A DNA stretch of 64,000 nucleotides, taken from positions 40,610,001 to 40,674,000 of the forward strand of contig JANJGN010000018.1 in NCBI GenBank assembly GCA_026770705.1. Reading direction: 5' to 3'. Under the pieces are notes generated by a model that ran no database searches, was not told the DNA's origin, and saw nothing but the letters and a program-made list of their open reading frames with translations. The translations under genes and the position numbers were made by a program. The DNA is from Isurus oxyrinchus. Lineage: Eukaryota. Positions 33,321-46,139 of this stretch are shown piece after piece; the stretch's first letter is position 1, and each line of letters opens with the position of its first letter.

Positions 33321-34844
33321 TAGTGTGTGCCCAGCTGAAAGGGTGGGGTTGGCCTGCTGGAAAAGCTGCAGTGACCCAGGAGCATGTTGGAAGAAAAGGA
33401 AGCGGGTTAATACCAAAGAGTAGTTTGCCCTTTCACTGGGCAATAATTCTGTGGAATGAACCATTTGCCCGTCACAGCTCCTAACCCATTTTCATTTCCA
33501 TCATTCGATCAGGCTCCTGACTGCTGCAACTTGCTCACTTTGCCAGTTTTTTAATGCTTTTCTCTGCCCCTTTAGCAGTTCACACACTGTATCTTGTGTG
33601 TGTCCCTCATTTCTTTGTTTCCTGTTTTCTACTTGAACAATTTACAAGTCATTTCATTTCTTTTCTGTGCCTCTGTGTTTAATTTTTTTTATTCTCCCAT
33701 CTTCCCTTTGTTTTGTTCCTTTTGAAATGCTCCTCATCTGTAACATCTTCCTGTTCTGACAGAGTCCATACCTGAAACATTAACTTGCCTATTCCTTCCA
33801 CTGAAGTTGGCTGACCTCCTGAAAGATTCCAGCATTTCCAGAGAACTGCACCTACATCCCTGCTATAGAACAGCAACCAGAAGGCCTCAAGTTCCAAAGA
33901 GCCAACGGGAGGGATCTACTTGATCTTGATCCACCTACATAAGTTCACCTCAGATCTTGGAAATTGTGTACACATTACAGCTTGCAGGGTGCTCCAGGCA
34001 AGCCCAACTTCAAACCTTTGGAATGCCCCTCAATTTGAATATCCTAGAGACAGATGTGCAGTAAAGTGAGGTAGGATTGGTGGGAATATGTTCTCCTGCT
34101 TCATCTAAATGTTAATGCTAAGCTTATGCCTGCTGCAGGTTCTGTAGATCTGTCTACTGAGAGAACTCCAGCAATCTCAAGCTCATGCTATTGGAGCAAA
34201 AACCAGATATAAAAGGGTTTCTATCCCAATTTCCCCCTCCTCGCCATGTTGCACACAGCAAAGAGGAAAATCTATTTTGATATCTCTTGAATTGGAGCTT
34301 TATTATTATGAGGAAAGAGAATGGGAATGGGACTAATTAGATAACTCTTGATATGAGCCAGCACAGGCACAATGGCTTTGCTGTATGTTTCTATGGTTTT
34401 TATCTTTTGATCACAGAGGAGTCCTTTGTGAGCAAGGGGGACTATTACATAATAACCAGGACCATCCTGCCCTCTCCATGGCTTGTGATAGTCAACCATA
34501 TAAAATGAAAGACCTTAAATGTCATTCTTAAAGTGTTAATTTAACTGGCACAATTGTGGTATCAAAATTGACCTCAATGACTAGGAGTTGGGAAAGGGGA
34601 AATCCAGTTTGAGTTCCTGCTCCTGATTATAATCCCATGGTTCCTATAGTTAAGCCTGCATATGAGTTTGTTGTTCCCTATGAAGAATAGGGCAATACTG
34701 AATCATAATGTGCTCCATGTCTGTTGGCATTCACCTTATAGATTAAGAGGTGAGTAGTAGGACATTGGGTGCGAAAAGATTACCAGTCCCCACAACTTGC
34801 ACTTCAGCAAGTCAGTGCCTTCATGCTGAGAGAGGACTAGAAAA

Positions 34845-36010
34845 ATGACTAGTTCACATTGATTTCCAGAAAGCATTTCAAAAGTGCAACATCAAAGGTT
34901 ATTGCAGAAAATAAAAGCTCATGGTGTAGGGGGTAGCATATTGGCATGGATAGAAGATTGGCTAGATGACAGGAAACAGAGGGTGGCCATAAATGGGTCT
35001 TTTTCTGGTAGGCAGGATGTAACGAGTAGTCTGCCACAGGGATCAGTGCTAGGCCCCCAACTTTTTACAATTTATAAAGATCACTTGCATGAAGGGACAG
35101 ATGATATGGTTAAGTTTGCTGATGACACAAAGTAAGTTGTGAAGAACACATAAGGAGGCTACAAAGTGGGATGGATAGGTTAAGTGACTGGGTAAAGACC
35201 TGGCAAATGGACTATATGTGGGCAATGAGAAATTGTCCATTTTGGCAGGAAGAATAAAAAAGAAACATTAGGTAAATGGAGAGAGATTGCACAGCTCTGA
35301 GATTCAGAGGAATCTGGGTGTCTTAATGCATGAATCGCAAAAGGCTAGCATGCAGGTACAACAAATAATTAGGAAAGCTGATAAAACGTTATCGTTTATT
35401 GCGAGGGGAATTAAATACAAAAGTAGGGATGTTATGCTTCAGTTGTACAGGGCACTAGTGAGACCACATCTGGAGAACTGTGTACAGTATTGGTCTCCTT
35501 ATTTAAGGAAATATGTAAATGCGTTAGAAGCAGTTCAGAGAAGGTTTACTTAGCTAATACCGGGAATGGGCGAGTTGCCTTAAGAAAGATTGGACAGGTT
35601 AGGCTTGTATCCATTGGAGTTGAGAAGAGTAAGAAGTGAACGGTTCAAACCTTTAAGATCCTGAGGGGCCTTGACAGAGTGGATGTGGAGAGGATGTTTC
35701 TTCTTGTGGGATCTAGAACTAGGGGTTGCAGTTTAAAAATAAAGGGTCGCTCATTTAAGACAGAGATGAGGAGAAATTTTTTCTCTGCGGGTCGTGAGTC
35801 TTTGGAACTCTCTTCCTCAAAGGCAGTGGATCAGAATATTTGAATATCTTTAAGGCATAGCTAGATACATTCTTGATTAACAAGGTGGTGAAAGGTTATC
35901 AGGGGTAGGTGGGAGGTTACAATCAGATCAGCCATGATCTTATTGAATGGCGGAGCAGGCTTGAAGGGCCGAGTGGCCTCCTCCTGCTCCTTGTTTCTAT
36001 GTTTGTATAA
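34845..36010 (+). mobile_element. CR1-clade LINE 3' remnant
   Basis: DFQKAF..HQRLLQKIKAHGVGG...PQGSVLGPQLFTIY...KFADDTK...LYRALVRPHLENCVQYWSPYL; multiple stops and frameshifts. Confidence 0.88.
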
Positions 36011-36135
36011 ATTGTGCAACCTTAATAATGTTTACAGTTTGTGTCCTAACTTTTATTGCTAATTTTATTAATGCTAAACTGACTTCAGATCAGCTTTTAA
36101 AAACGTTCACCTAAAAACAGGTTTTCAAAGACATA

Positions 36136-36259
36136 GGGCAGAATTTTACAGCCCATTATGGCAGGCAGGACTGGAAAATGCAGCCAGCTGTTCAAAATTC
36201 CATTGACATTGGCAGGACCGGAAAATCTCGCCAGTGGGAGGGGCCATAAAATTCCGCCC
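36136..36259. mobile_element. Short Harbinger-type MITE
   Basis: Terminal inverted repeats gggcagaatttta / taaaattccgccc. Similar GGGC..A.TTT termini delimit GC-rich blocks at ~18920-19590, 27308-28326, 39942-40752, 48292-49095, ~49790-50428 and 58687-59872. Confidence 0.6.
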
Positions 36260-36569
36260 AGAAATTCTAAAATGTTGTGGTTCTTGGGGTTTCCGATAGA
36301 TTTGTCCTCCTCTTTTTCCCCCACACATGCTTCATCCATACTCTGTGTCATGTTTACTCCCTTCTCTTATCCAGTAAAACATTTTTAAAAAAATTTAAAA
36401 ATAAAAATGTTAAATTTTTTTAAATTGTAAAACTGGTAAGGTATTTTACGCTACTTGTCAACTTATAAAAAACATCTTGCTTTATACCAACATACAGGGA
36501 TGTAGGGACAGAGGCAGCAACTGGAGTGGGGAGCATCAAGGCAGCGGTCATGATCAGAAGTGTCAATAT

Positions 36570-37100
36570 AATGGTTGGGATGGGGAATTGGTTAATAGTG
36601 GGCAGGGTGACTGATGGGCAGCTTGAGGTAGCTGTTGGGATGAGGGACTGGTGGGTTGAGATAAAAGACAGGATGTGGGATGGTGGGGGTCCAGGCAGTG
36701 GTCAGGATGGGGGGACCATGGTGGGGGGGAGGGGGGGGGGATTGAAGCAGTGATTGGGATGGGGGGGGTGATGGGGGGTTTGAGGCATGGTTGGGATGGG
36801 GGGATGGTGGGGGGGGGGTCTAGGTAGTGGTCAGGATGGTGGGGGTTGAGGCCATCATTGGGATGGGGCATGGCAGCGGGGGTGGGGGTTGAGGCAGTGG
36901 TCAGGATGATGGGGGTTGAGGCAGTTGTTGGGATGGGGCATGGTGGGGGGTTTGAGGCAGTGGTCGGGATGGGGGATGGATGAGGCAGTCATTGGGATGG
37001 GGGATGGATGAGGCAGTGGTTGGGATGGGGGATGGTAGGGGTTGAAGCAGTGATCGGGACTTGGGTGATGATGAATGGTGGGAGATAGTGGATCGTGGTT
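36570..37100 (+). repeat. G-rich degenerate minisatellite
   Basis: Repeated ~28-35 nt units such as ggggttgaggcagtggtcaggatggtgg / gggatggggcatgg. Confidence 0.85.
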
Positions 37101-37459
37101 TTGGTACAGACCTAGGAGAAATGCTCTTGTACCTTCTGGTTCCGTACTGAGGTAACCATTTTTTTCTAGATACCACACTTTTTGGCAGCTGTCTGAAATC
37201 GGTTCCTTTAAAGGACTCATTAGTTAGGCTGGATGGAGACTTGGTTTTATTGAATACAGCTGGCCCAGCACCAGCTGTATTCATGGCAAACTAAAGTGAC
37301 AAAGGGGCCACCAAATAGGTGTCAGCCTGCTTAATTACATGTGCCAAGGGCAAACATCGGTTTCCGGTGTAGGAACTGGATTTATCTTTTGATATCAATA
37401 TCAACATAGTGGATAATAGACTTCTAGCTCAGAATGTGTGTGCACTGCTGTCACTTTTT

Positions 37460-38180
37460 TTATTCATTCATGGGAAGTGGGCATCGCTGACTAGGCCAGC
37501 ATTTATTACCCTTGAGAAGGTGATGGTGAGCTATCTTCTTGAACTGCTGCAGTCCATGTAGTGTAGGTACACACAGTGCTGTTAGGGAGGGAATTTCAGG
37601 ATTTCAGGACCCAGCGACAGTGAAGGAACAATGATATAACTCCAAGTCAGGATGGTGAGTGGCTTGGAAGGGAACTTCCAGGTGATGGTGTTCCCATATG
37701 TCTGCTGCCTTTGTCTCCCTCTAGATGGTAGCATTTGTGGGTTTGGATGGTGCTGTCTAAGTAGCCTTGGAGTCTTGCAGGTGATACATATTGCTGCCAC
37801 TTTGTGTTGATGATGGAGGGAGTGAATATTTGTGGATGGGCTGCCAATCAAGCAGGCTGCTTTGTCCTGCTGGTGGGACCGGACATACCCAGGGATGCTG
37901 ATGGTGTTGTCTGGGACGTTATCTGTAAGGTATGATTCTGCGAATATGACTATGTCAGGCTGTTGCTTGACTAGACTGTGAGACAGCTCTCTCAATTTTG
38001 GTACAACCCCCCAGATGTTTGTAAGGAGGACTCTGCAGAATCAAGTTTGCCTTTGTTGTTTCCGGTGCTTAATCAATGCAAGGTGGTCCATCCAGTTTCA
38101 TTCCTTTCAGACTTTTAGTGGTTTGATACAACTGAGTGGCTTGCTAGGCTGTTTCAGGGGGCACTTATGAGTCAACCTTA
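37460..38180 (-). mobile_element. Internally deleted CR1-clade element
   Basis: The N-terminal endonuclease segment (ELSHSLVKQQPDIVIFAESYL...IPGY) is joined directly to the ORF2 C-terminus (QDKAACLIG) and 3'UTR. Confidence 0.7.
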
Positions 38181-39442
38181 TTGTCTGCCTTATAGGATGC
38201 TTTGGTGTCTATTTTACATCTGTAAAACGCTGTAGTTTCATCACATTTCTCTGCTTATAAGTGTCTTGGAAGTTCCCCCTGTGATGTTTCTCAACCTCTT
38301 TCTTCTTCTTCTCACTGTGCTTCTGGAATGCTGAACTCATGCATTATTTCTGCTGCCCAGGAAAGATTTTGAGATAAATGCCTTCAAATCAAATAAGACC
38401 CATTCAGCATTGTGAATAAACATATGCTTTGTTAAAGATGATTTGAAAATATTTGAGAACACCTAACGAATGACTCAAGATTTTAAGAGTTAAAGATCCT
38501 CCATTCTGTGTGATTCTGATGAATGGCTCAGAGAAGAACATTCATTACAACTAATGCACAGTGACTCTAATTACTGCTGTGAAAGAACAGTGAAAACATT
38601 AATGGCCACTGGCTCCATTCAATCCTACTTGCAGGAAATGAGCTTTGACGCAAAGCTGACTTTAGAACCTCAAGGGACAGCTACATTTAAGACTGAAGTA
38701 GATGATGGAGATGGGAGCGACTGGAAAGAAAGAAATGAAGTCTAAACTACGGAGCATAGGGAAAGGGAGAGTCTGACTAACAAATAAAAAATAAGTTTTT
38801 ACGTTCTTTGAAGCTTTTAAAGAAGCTTCATTATGGTAGAAAAGGGAGGATATCTGGATGGCATTTACTGATGCAAAACAAACAAACCAGTGCATTCTGT
38901 GTGATGTAGTAATGTTCTGAAACAAATTGTCTGTGTTGGAAAACAAATGCAGGCACCTGCTAAATACTATTCCAATAAACAACGCGTCTTAGTTTTCTGA
39001 TAGCTCAGCATATTTACCTAATAAATAATTGAGCAATTGAAGGCCCACATATAACCTTCCGTTGTGCTGAGCTAGCTGATCTCAGCCAATGTGCAGGTAG
39101 AAGCTCTGTGTATCAGCCAAGGGTCAGTTGATAGCATTCTTGCTTTGGAGTCAAGGGGTTGTGGTTTAACCCCTGGGCTGACACCCTTGTGTGATACTGA
39201 CAAAGTGCTACATTGTCAAAAGGTGCCCTCTTTTGGATGAAATGTTAAACCAAGGCCCCATCTACTCTCTCAGCTGGATATAAAAAATGAGCAGGGAACT
39301 TTTCCCTGGTCTCCTGGCCAATATTTATTCCTCAGTCAATACCACTGTGAAAAATAATCACTGTTGTCTGGGAGAGCTTGCTCTGTAGAAATTGGCTGCT
39401 GCATTTCTTACATTACAACAATGGCCAGACTTCAAAAGTACT

Positions 39443-39573
39443 GAAGAAGAGTTGTACGAACTTGAAACTTTAACTCTGTTCCTCTCCCCACAGATGCTGA
39501 CAGACCTGCTGAGTTTTTATGCATTTTCTGTTTTTATTTCAGATTTCCAGAATCCGCAGTATTTTGCTTTTAT
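39443..39573 (+). mobile_element. Solo PLE pLTR (older subfamily) inserted in a DeuSINE-like element
   Basis: ctgaagaagag...gaaactttaactctg...cagatgctgacagacctgctgag...ccgcagtattttgctttta. TSD cttcaaa(a/c)gtact at 39430-39442 and 39574-39586. Confidence 0.75.
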
Positions 39574-39941
39574 CTTCAAACGTACTTCACTGGCTGTAAT
39601 GCAGGAGATTATGAAAAGTGCTTTCTTTCTTTTGGAGTGGTTTTAATGTACCTGAATTAGGGAGGGGAAAATAACTGGGGTTCTTTTGCCTATCACTATC
39701 CAAACCAAACTGGAGGTGTGTACATTCATACCCACGTTGGGTAAATATGGGACCAGCCTTGGAATCACATTCAACAGCCTACAAATTCTCACTGTCAAGA
39801 TTCGCACACGCATAATAGCCTCTCTGGGCAAGATATCATAGTGCAATCTAGCACCTGGAAACTACTTTAACAAGTAATAGATGCCTTCAAGAGAGAGGAG
39901 AAAAATCTGGCAGAAGGAAACGGTGCATTTTTAAAATGTAT

Positions 39942-40752
39942 GGGGAGAATTTTCTCCCCATCGGGGGGGTTGGGTGGGAGCAGGCGCCCTTGCCACCCGC
40001 GATCGGCTGCGCGCCACCATTTTACATGGGTGGGCCAATAAAGGCCCACCCAACATGACACGCACCAGGAAACGCTGAGTGCGCCCTGTGCGGACGGGGG
40101 GGGAGTAGGCATGCGTGCGAAAGAGCGTAGAAATCTCCCTGAGGCACAGAGCTGCCAATTAAGGCCCGCACAGCATGAAACGTGTGCTTCAGTGCCCACC
40201 GCTGCCTGTTGGGAATGGGGTGGGGGTGGTTGGGGGGAGGGCGAGTGTGAGTTTCACGCATGCGCGTTGGTGCTCGCTGGAAAAGCTCCCTGAGACTCAG
40301 AGCTGCCTCAGGGAGATGGAGGGTTTTCAAAATAAAAAAAGTAAAGAATTTTTCGGTGTAAAAAAACAATGCCCCTCATGCAGCTCTGTCACATGAGCAG
40401 GGACATGTTAGAAATTAAGATGAAGTTTTTATTTTTACTTCTGAATGACAGATCGAAACCTCACTACGCCCGTGGATGAAGTTTTGCAAAAAATGCAAAG
40501 GCGGCCTGACCTTTTTGTCTACCCGCCAACCGTAACGTTGGATGGGCAGCAAAAAATTTAAATCAATTGGATTGTTAATGGCCTTAATGGGCCTTTTAAT
40601 TGTTGGTAGGTGCACTGCCAATTCCCACGTGTGCCCGCCAACTGAAATATCACGCGAGTGCATGTAAACGGCGAGACGCTCACCTGATTTCATCGCGCGT
40701 CAGTTTACACTCTAGCGGGTCGGGCCCATCCACTCATCAAAAGATCCTGGCC
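39942..40752. mobile_element. GC-rich non-autonomous DNA transposon (Harbinger-like); related copies ~41428-41680 and ~49790-50428
   Basis: Termini ggggagaattttc / aaaagatcctggcc; internal motifs (ctccctgaggcacagagctgcc; ttaatggccttaat; gaaatatc.cgcgagtg) recur in the other copies. Confidence 0.55.
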
Positions 40753-40957
40753 ACTATAAACCAAACTATTCTGGGCTGTAGCATATTAATAAGGCATTAC
40801 ACAGACTACTTAGGAACTTAAGTAGCATATTCAACAGCAAAGAATTGAAAATAGCGACTGAAGAGGCAACAGGTAGACAGACAAACTGATGTATTTGAGT
40901 GGTTATTCAGGTTGACAGCTATATTTACTCAAGTTGATCAAGAGAGCTATCACTTAC

Positions 40958-41359
40958 CTGGGGGTTTAATCTTTACCTCCAAAATATTTGAAGATTTACT
41001 GGTTTTCCTCACCCATTGGTCCATTTGATTTTGGTGCCACAGTTCAGCAATGCACTGGTATTTCCCCGCCTCCATGTCACTGGCTTTAGAGACAACCAGA
41101 CGGACATTATTGGACATTGCTTTTATTACCATTGTTTTATTTGTAAAATTTGTTGCCTTGTCTCCCCAAGAAATGGATTTGTCATGTGCAAAGATGATAA
41201 TGTCATAGTTGTTCCTTGATCCAGCTGGCTGGAATTTCCACGTTACAGACACTGACACTCGGGAGGGGTAGGCGGGTCTGATGAAACACTGGAGCTCAAA
41301 TGCATTATTGTAGATCACAGATGGTGTTCGTGTTATTGCAGTAACGCTGAAGCCTGTTT
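40958..41359 (-). CDS. IGSF3: IGSF3 internal exon, Ig V-set domain 5
   Basis: ETGFSVTAITRTP...FELQCFI...VSVTWKFQP...SNNVRL...EAGKYQCIAELW. ttcacag acceptor, gtaagt donor; 402 nt, phase 1-1. Confidence 0.93.
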
Positions 41360-42109
41360 CTGTGAAGTAATAAAAAAAAACTGTTAGCATCAACACTTAC
41401 ATGGTCTAAAAACGCCCCAAGATATTTTGGGCATGATTTGGCCCTTGGTGGGGGTGCTCGGTGGGGGCGAGAGGGGGCTGTCAGGAAGCCAACCGCTGCC
41501 TGCGATCGGCCCAGCACCATGATTTCATGCGGGTGGGCCAATTAAGGCCTGCCCTGCGTTGATTGCGAGTGGCAGCGCTGAGCACTGCTTGTGTGGGAAG
41601 AGGGAGGAGGGAAAGCCAGGGCTAGCACGCAGTTCGCGCCTGTGCGAGACAGAGTGCTTCAATCTCCCTGAGGCATGGAGCTCAAGCATGGACTAGATCA
41701 AGTCTGTGTCAGAAACACCTCGAGTGGTAGTGATAGCAAAGACAATGCGGGTGGGTTGGCACTGTTCTCCTTATTACAGTACTTCCCAACGGTCAAAGTT
41801 TCCACAAGCTGGAGGCGCAGGGCTTCAGAAAATGCTTGCCTGTCTCTCTATAACTCAATCCAGTGTCATGTTGAAAATATCATGCTGCACCCATTTTTAA
41901 CTCCTCAATATCCTCTTCCCAATTACATACTTCATAAGTTGAAATTCTAGCATTACAACTGAAATATGTTGTTTTGTCACTAGCTCCATTACAACATACC
42001 CAGTGTTAACCTGGTCTACATAAAAATGCTCCTTTTAGATAATCAGGCAGTAACTAGACTAGTGCACAGAAAGATTTTCAACCTTCAGACTTTTGATGTA
42101 AATACTTAC

Positions 42110-42511
42110 CAAGAGGTGTTACCACTGCTATAATATGAGCAGACTGCTCTCCTATTTGCTGCCAATCTCCACCCACGTTCATTATCCATTCAGCCACTGT
42201 ACAAACATACTCTCCATCATCCAACATCACTGAATTATATAGCTGCAGCAAGAAAGAATCTGGGCGCTGTTTGGTGAGCATAAGGTCTCCATTAGCAACA
42301 CGCTTGCGGTACAATGTACCAATAACCTGAGTGCCATCTTGTTCCAAGCTGATGATATCAGTGACCTGCTTCTGTTTGTTGATTAACTGCCAGGTGACAG
42401 AAAGGCGACTGTGGCTCCTGATCGCCGAACGAGCATCACAGTTGAACTGGAGCGAGTTACCCTCCAAAACCTTGGTAGTGTTACTGGCAACTGTTGTAAC
42501 CAGACTGCTTT
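42110..42511 (-). CDS. IGSF3: IGSF3 internal exon, Ig V-set domain 4
   Basis: KSSLVTTVASN...LQFNC...SVTWQL...DDGEYVCTVAEWI...GDWQQIGE. ttcctgcag acceptor, gtaagt donor; 402 nt, phase 1-1. Confidence 0.92.
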
Positions 42512-43039
42512 CTGCAGGAAACAAAATACATTTAGTGCAAGTGGTAGTTTTGTAAAAAGACAATTATGACAGATCTAAGCATCCATCATGATTGTAAGGA
42601 TCAGTATTTTTTATGTTTTATAAGAATTTGTAGCAGTGCCAATGAGCTGTACAAGTAGCTTTTGTGAATGTTTTCTGCGTGAGAGTTCTGTTCTCTTTGT
42701 GACAGACAGAACAAGTAATAGCATAGATTTTTTGATCAATGTTATTTTAATACTGGCAGTAATCTATTTTATTGCTATAAGGTCTAGGATAAACTGCTTG
42801 GGATTAGCACACAAGTATGGCAGAGAAAGGGGAGGGGAGGTTCATCAACTGGTTATTTTGTCTTTGTCCATAAACTGTCTATGGTCAGGTCTAGGTTGAA
42901 TGGCCCAACACCAATTATAATACAAATAATATTGCCATTGTGAGAAGAAACACTATTATTTTCCCTAATGGTTGAACCATCAAACAATAAGGTTAATTTT
43001 TTTCAAAAGCTACCTGCTCAAAACACTCTTTCCTAGCTA

Positions 43040-43790
43040 CTGAACCCATCTTTCCCCCTGACAACAATCAGTGTTGGAAACTTGGTGCCACATTTATTCC
43101 CAAGATGAGTTTCTGACCTTATATTTGCACCATCACTAAGACCATGTATTTCCACCTCCATAACATTGTCAGACTTCGCCCCTGTCTCAGCTCATCTGCT
43201 GCAGAAACCCTCATTCATGCCTTCGATACCTCTAGACTCAGCTATTCCAATGTACTTGTCTGGTCTCCCACATTTTACCCTCCAAAACTTGAGGTAATCC
43301 AAAAAGGAACAGTTATGTCTTAACTCAAAGCAAGGCCCATTCACCTATCATTCCCATGCCTGTTGACTTACATTGGCTTTGGGTCAAGCAGGGCCTTGAG
43401 TTTAGAATTCTTATTCTTGTTTCCAAATCCCTCAATGGCTGTGCCTCTCCCTATCTCTGTAATCTTCTCCAGCCTCAAAACCCTCTGAAATATCTATGTT
43501 GCTTTAATTCTGGCCTCTTGTGAATTCCCAGTTATAATTGCTCTACCATTGATGGCTGTGCCTTCAGTTGCCTTGGTCCCAAGCTCTGGAATTCCCTCCC
43601 TGAACCTCTCTGCCTCTCTATCTTGCTTTAAGACACTCCCTAAAAACTACCTCTTTGACCAAGCTCCTGGTCATCTGGCCTAATATCTTCTTACTTGGGT
43701 CAGTGCCATACTTTGTTTTATAATGTCCCTGTGAAGCATCTTGGGACATTTCAATACATTAAAGATACTATATAAATAGATTATTGTTGC
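43040..43790 (+). mobile_element. L2-clade LINE 3' remnant
   Basis: NLG..F...YFHLHNI.RLRP.LSSSAAETLIHAF..SRL.YSN; tail cctgtgaagcatcttgggacat...tatataaata..ttattgttg. Confidence 0.8.
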
Positions 43791-45307
43791 TCACAATTGT
43801 GTCAGAATTAGCATTTCCTGGTTAAAGGGTAGTTATTGTTAAATCAACATAATATGCAAACTAACTCCTTTTATTCTGGTTTTGCTCTGATTTATCCAGA
43901 AGCTGCCAAAATGTGGGCCTATACATACTGTGGTTTACTAAGTTCATCCGTTTAATTCGCTGCAATGGCTGTGTTGAGGCAGGGCGCTCTTTGTGCTACT
44001 CTTTACATTTAAGTAAAAGATACTACTGAAGAGTTTGCTGCATTGAGGGCAGTTAATCTTATTTTTTAAAAAAATGCTAATTCAATTGTGATTCAGTATA
44101 AACTTATTACAGTAAACATTGCTTTATTTTTTTAGCCTGAGCTACACAGTCTGCTAATATTGTGCATTTCATTGGTTTGGAGAGATCACATAATGGTAGG
44201 CAAATTTATTTCCAGTGTGTATCCCAATAATAGAAAAGTTAATTGTTCACCTCCTGGCAACACCATCCAGTCTAGATAAAATCAAGCTTCAATTCATAAG
44301 AAATGTGAAGTTACCTATGGATGCTGACTGCTGTATTGACCGTGAATAACAAACTGTGGAAAAGGATACATTTACACTACGGCTGAGTGAACTGTTTCGA
44401 TTAGGCTGCTGCTTCATGGGGACATTTAATTTGCAATTCTTATTTCAAGCAAAGAGAAGATGCAAGCCTGGAAGTGATTATGAGAAATGTTACAATAACA
44501 TGTTCATATCAAATTCTATTTTAACGGAGGTATTCACTCACAAAAAATGGGTGGATGTTGTAGATAGCATAAAATCATGGCACAAGCAATTAAGGGTAAA
44601 TATATTCATAAATGCAGTTGCTGCCACATTGTCACTGACTTTAAAATGGTGAATTATAAAGTTAGCTCTTTAAAAAATAATGCTTGGGCTTCACTGCTTT
44701 TGGTTCTGGATTTGAACTGCAATTGAAGTATAAATGATAATTGGAGATTCAGTTTCCAAATTTATCAGCAACTGAAAAGGACAGGTAGAAATTCTGATGG
44801 GTAAGTGGGCAGGGGCTCTCTTTCCCTTCATCTCAGCACATTACTTTAATATTATTGTCTAATTCGTCCATCTAATCTTTTTGAAAAGCTGAAGTCAGAG
44901 CACTTTCAATAAAAGCATGTCAGTGTGAAGTACTTTCATAAGCCTTTTCATTACTTCACAGAAGACTCACATACTTTCATGCAAAGAAATTAAAAATCTG
45001 ACATTAATACCATAATGTTTTGCTGATTTTGTGAAAGTAAAGCTTCTATCACTTTTAGGGAAAAGATGAAAGGCAAAAACATCAAAGGGAAATGTTCTCA
45101 ATTTGAACACTGACTAGTGATTTTCAGTCAAACATTTTGGTCTGATTTTGTTTGCGTCTGTATGAGTAATATAACTGATATCAGAAGCTGCAGGCAGATC
45201 AGTGAGATCTTGCAGACTGGGTCATCACTACAGCGTCTATTTGGTGAGCAAAAGCTGTGTCACTCAAAATCAATAAGTTCTTATTATAAGCACATGCTTT
45301 TTAATAA

Positions 45308-45555
45308 AAACAGAATTTCCTGGAAAAACTCAGCAGGTCTGGCAGCATCGGCGGAGAAGAAAAGAGTTGACGTTTCGAGTCCTCATGACCCTTCGACAGA
45401 ACTTGAGGAACTTCATCAAGTTCTGTCGAAGGGTCATGAGGACTCGAAACGTCTACTCTTTTCTTCTCCGCCGATGCTGCCAGACCTGCTGAGTTTTTCC
45501 AGGTAATTCTGTTTTTGTTTTGGATTTCCAGCATCCGCAGTTTTTTTTTGTCTTT
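45308..45555. mobile_element. Fold-back PLE pLTR insertion with two inverted hammerhead motifs
   Basis: ~100-bp near-perfect inverted arms around spacer ggaacttca. TSD tgctttttaataa at 45295-45307 and 45556-45568; hammerhead motifs at 45365-45403 (-) and 45419-45457 (+). Confidence 0.9.
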
Positions 45556-46139
45556 TGCTTTTTAATAAGATTGCTGCATAACAGCAAAACTCTAGTTATA
45601 AAAATTAGTTGGTGAGCTTTTAGCCCCTGTGACATTACTTGAGTTTCATTTCTCCTAAAAGGGCAATTCTGGTCCAAATTACCCCCTTCCTTTAATTCTA
45701 CATCTTTTTTTCCAAGTATGTTCTGGATCTGATAACTGGGCCATATTAAACTTTACGAAGAGTTAATAGAAACAAACAGATGCTTATGTAACCATGGGAA
45801 AGTTTTTTTTAAGTTTCCTCATAAACTGATAAGAGCTGCATCACAAAGCAACAATATTTCCACATAGCCTAAAGCAACCTTGACAGTATGATAACTGCAA
45901 CGTAGCTCTGATTAGATTCTTTGAATTTAAAATATGAAACAACATTAGTTGCAGAGAAAGACTACTTGTGACAAAAAGCATCCTAACTAGAGGCACTGCT
46001 GCATCAAATCAACTTCTTTGTCTGCCTGAAAGGGAACACAATGATTTCTGGAATCGCTCTGCAGTTATTCCAAGCTACTGAAAGATTACACACTGTTAAT
46101 TCTTTGAGGGACAATAAAGATTTGTGGACAGTTACTTAC

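Noticed and set aside
36526-37284. Pro/His-rich ORFs
   Set aside because: These are translations of the G-rich minisatellite, with no splice or domain support.
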